This document shows, piece after piece, positions 61,223-64,000 of a stretch of 64,000 nucleotides of DNA. Position numbers and translations under genes: made by a program. The notes under the pieces were generated by a model. It saw only the letters and a program-made list of their open reading frames with translations, had not been told where the DNA came from and did no database searches. The stretch is from positions 2,046,001-2,110,000 of the forward strand of contig CP089280.1 of the NCBI GenBank assembly GCA_023920165.1. Direction: 5' to 3'. Every line of letters starts with the position of its first letter. Position 1 is the first letter of the stretch. The DNA is from Curvularia clavata (lineage: Eukaryota).

Positions 61223-61933
61223 TCAACCGGCATTGACCGTCCACAATGTGCGCCGCCAGCCTCTTGTGGAAACTGTGACGACGCCTTCCCGAACGGATTC
61301 GGTTTCTGAAGCGTTTGGAGTAGGAAGTCGGCGCGAATAAACAATGGTTTCCAGCTCCTCGGGTCGGTCATCTGACGTAGTTGCGTGCTCGCTGGTTTGA
61401 GAACTGGTGTCGTCTTCGGCAGTCTCTTGGATTGCGATTGTCGGTAAAGGAAGTGGATAGTAAGGTGCGTCGTACGGCCCTGGAAGTCTTTGCGGCGGTG
61501 CTATCCATGGATGTATGGGTAGAAGAGATGGCTCCAGAGTTTCCTGCTTCAGTGACTCCAGGTGATCGTTCTGGTTCTGTTCCGGCGACACCCGTCGATT
61601 TCTGTCACGATTTCGTTCTTCCGAGTGATCCTTTCCTTCCAACTCTGCAACTTCAACTTTTTCTTTGCTCTTAGAGACGTCGAACTCGACATTCTGGGAA
61701 GAGTCTTTCCGTCGCTTGATAGGTAACCCCTCGTGATCCATGCCTGACCCCTCCAGATTCCGGTCAGAACTTGATGCTCTACTCTTTCTTCTTCCCAAGA
61801 CAACAATGATAGATTGCAGGGCTGCTGCGAGTAAGGATACTAGCAGGACGGTGCTCCAGTGACTGTGCGATTCAAGTATTGTGCTCCAGCGGTCCAGGCT
61901 GGCAACACCGGGAGATATAGGAAGTGGAGACAT
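61223..61933 (-). CDS. Hypothetical single-pass membrane protein
   Basis: Open frame with hydrophobic VLLVSLLAAALQSIIVVL, a proline motif PWIAPPQRLPGPYDAPYYPLP and C-terminal GWRRTLWTV. Start uncertain (first in-frame ATG at 61933; the frame is open to 61984). Confidence 0.72.
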   Translation of the reverse strand: MSPLPISPGVASLDRWSTILESHSHWSTVLLVSLLAAALQSIIVVLGRRKSRASSSDRNLEGSGMDHEGLPIKRRKDSSQNVEFDVSKSKEKVEVAELEGKDHSEERNRDRNRRVSPEQNQNDHLESLKQETLEPSLLPIHPWIAPPQRLPGPYDAPYYPLPLPTIAIQETAEDDTSSQTSEHATTSDDRPEELETIVYSRRLPTPNASETESVREGVVTVSTRGWRRTLWTVNAG

Positions 61934-64000
61934 CAGAACAGTGATGACGATGATGAGAGAAATATAGGCCTTGGCACTGTGCACTCACGCGACTGGCGAA
62001 TCGAGAGTTGCTGCAGGTCCGGATAACACTAATCACTTGCGTCAGTACAGTCAATGGTAACACGGCAGCCTTTTCATATTACATGCCTCAGAAAAGGGAT
62101 GGGGGAAAGCCGTTAGCATAAGCACTAGGATACGAGGCTTTCGGTCGATAGTATCGATATCAAGTACTTAATAAGACTCGCGGACAAGCCTCCCTGTTGT
62201 TTCTTGTATGATTTGCACCGGGGTCCTGGAAGTTATGAATGGAGGAAGTTCGCATACAAGCCTGGGCTTATGTTCCTGCATATGGCTCTCCTTCCAGCTC
62301 TCCATTGTGAATTACTTATTTACCTTGATGGCAACATTCAGCACGCCCAGGTGGCACTGAAACATCACGATTTCAAGATGCTAGCTCGCCGCGATCTGGT
62401 GGCACAGGCAAAAATGCCACGCGCTAGACGCAGCGTAAGCCCATGTAGTCGGCGAATCGAGTAAAAGGCACCAAACATGGCCCATTTCAGCTCTATCTTG
62501 CCAGCGGCAGGCGTAACATGACAGATGCTACTAGGAAATCGGCTTAGTGTAGTGCGCGGTCTCAGCACGTCAACCAAAGTACTGGCATCTTGGCGGGTGG
62601 ATGCTCAGCTGAAGATGCGCAATGGTGGCGTTCGTTGTGGCGTCCGGCGCTCCCCATCTTACCGGATTGGCAGGGGTAACCCGAGAGAAAACCCTGCTTC
62701 GAGAAATAACGGCGAGCTGGGCTGTGGATGAATTGGATCAAACGATTCGGGCGGCTATTGACGCCGCTGCTACTCGTACACTGTGGCGCAATCGCAGAGA
62801 GACAAGGGGGTGTGGTGTGCCAAGACAAGACATCCCGTGATGGGCGGGTTTCAGCTCCTCTCCGGACGCCAACTGAAGAGCAAGCAGGCATCCATTGCGA
62901 CATGTTGATGAACACGTGAGAAGAGTATCATTAATCGACATTAAAGCTTATAGTAGCCAATCGCTTGACCAAAACAGCCGCCGTTTCTGCTATTTGTGGG
63001 TTTGTTTATCGCGATTTTGTACAGCGACTGGTTTGGTGTGCCTACGATGTGAATGGCGGGTATTAGCGCTGGTGAGGCTTTGATGGCTTTGTCCACGATT
63101 TCGACATTGCCAATATCAGGTCCATGCACGGCCATGTGTATCTAGACGCGGCTCTCGATCTCTATGCTTTCTCTCCACGTTTCTCTCCACGATTCGTCGA
63201 CTCACTCGCGATCTCGAGACACTCTGCCTGACCGCATCTATCCTCGTCTTGACCGGATACAGATTGTGGATAGCTAGCTGCCATTGACTCTGAGAATGTT
63301 GGTCAAAGGCTAGCTGGAACCTGGACTCTAGACTGTTCGATACATAGTCTGTGACCAGCTGTTCTGCAAGCTGTCAATTCTCATTTGCTCACACATCCTG
63401 GAAGTACATATATATAGTCGGTATCATGCGCTTGTTGCTTGCTTTTCGAAGCCACCAACCGGATTGCTCTGGCGTTTGACTAGGAAGTTTGAACTTTCGT
63501 AGGCATATTCCAATCTGAGAAGAGCAGCGACTCACAATGCCGACATGGTATGCATACTCTTACACCGTACTAGAGTGTGCATGGACCTAAAACTCGACTG
63601 TCAAAGACATGCCGCTTGTACCGATGATGCCGTCATCAGGCGGAAGATCTGCTTTTAGTGAGCTGGCTGTCAAGTCCTAAGAGAGATGTGATTAGCTAGT
63701 ACGCAGAGTATACGGGTACGGCATCCGCAGAAGTCTGTCGTTGATATTAATTAGTGCGCCTGAAACTTAAGTGTGGCGGGCTCCATACCACGGCGATCCC
63801 GGCGCCACATCAACACGTGACCCGCCCCTGATACTAATGTCTTGACACTCACGCACTAAGTCAATCGCGCTCGGACTTGGACGACAGGAATGACAGCAAT
63901 GCTTTCGGGTGGAAATTACAGCTGCGGTTGTCAATGACACAGGACGACGGACATGACTATTGGACCGGAGCTGCTATTTTCGAACATCGAAATTGGAATG

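Noticed and set aside
62204..63135. Short ORFs at the right end that might form a decayed gene
   Set aside because: No recognisable motif or consistent splice model; most likely promoter/intergenic DNA, though BLASTX could still reveal a relic.
1..64000. tRNA, rRNA, CRISPR arrays, intact transposons and secondary-metabolite backbone genes
   Set aside because: No cloverleaf/B-box context, rRNA sequence, repeat-spacer array, transposase/RT ORF or PKS/NRPS domains seen by eye.

Overview
Eukaryotic, intron-containing DNA from a filamentous ascomycete (gene set, short GT-AG introns with CTRAC branch points and codon usage fit a Dothideomycete/Pleosporales-like fungus; this taxonomy is an inference). 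The window is gene-dense with about 26 protein genes, mostly housekeeping: palH/RIM21 (runs off the left edge), a DUF4211 protein, ALB1, a USP30/Ubp16-like deubiquitinase, ELG1, UTP8, an ArAE/FUSC-like transporter, MRP17, GCV3, URB2, MIC10, a UPF0643-like protein, POT1, importin alpha, DUG3, an ADA2/CECR1-like deaminase, RRP46 and PEX4. Many are head-to-head pairs. A more accessory block (23-37.5 kb) holds two secreted proteins, a divergent MDR/Fe-ADH dehydrogenase pair and a triple-PHD protein. The strongest signal not explained by ORFs lies in the 2 kb gap between two convergent genes (59.2-61.2 kb): a complete box H/ACA snoRNA fold whose 3' pocket fits the LSU rRNA site guided by yeast snR37, followed immediately by a second ~350-nt nested-helix RNA of unknown class. 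Other notable items are a long structured MIC10 intron, an SNF2-helicase relic upstream of palH, clustered PacC sites at palH and a shared AACTTTT motif upstream of the ribosome-biogenesis genes. All splice models and folds were made by eye; no database search was run.
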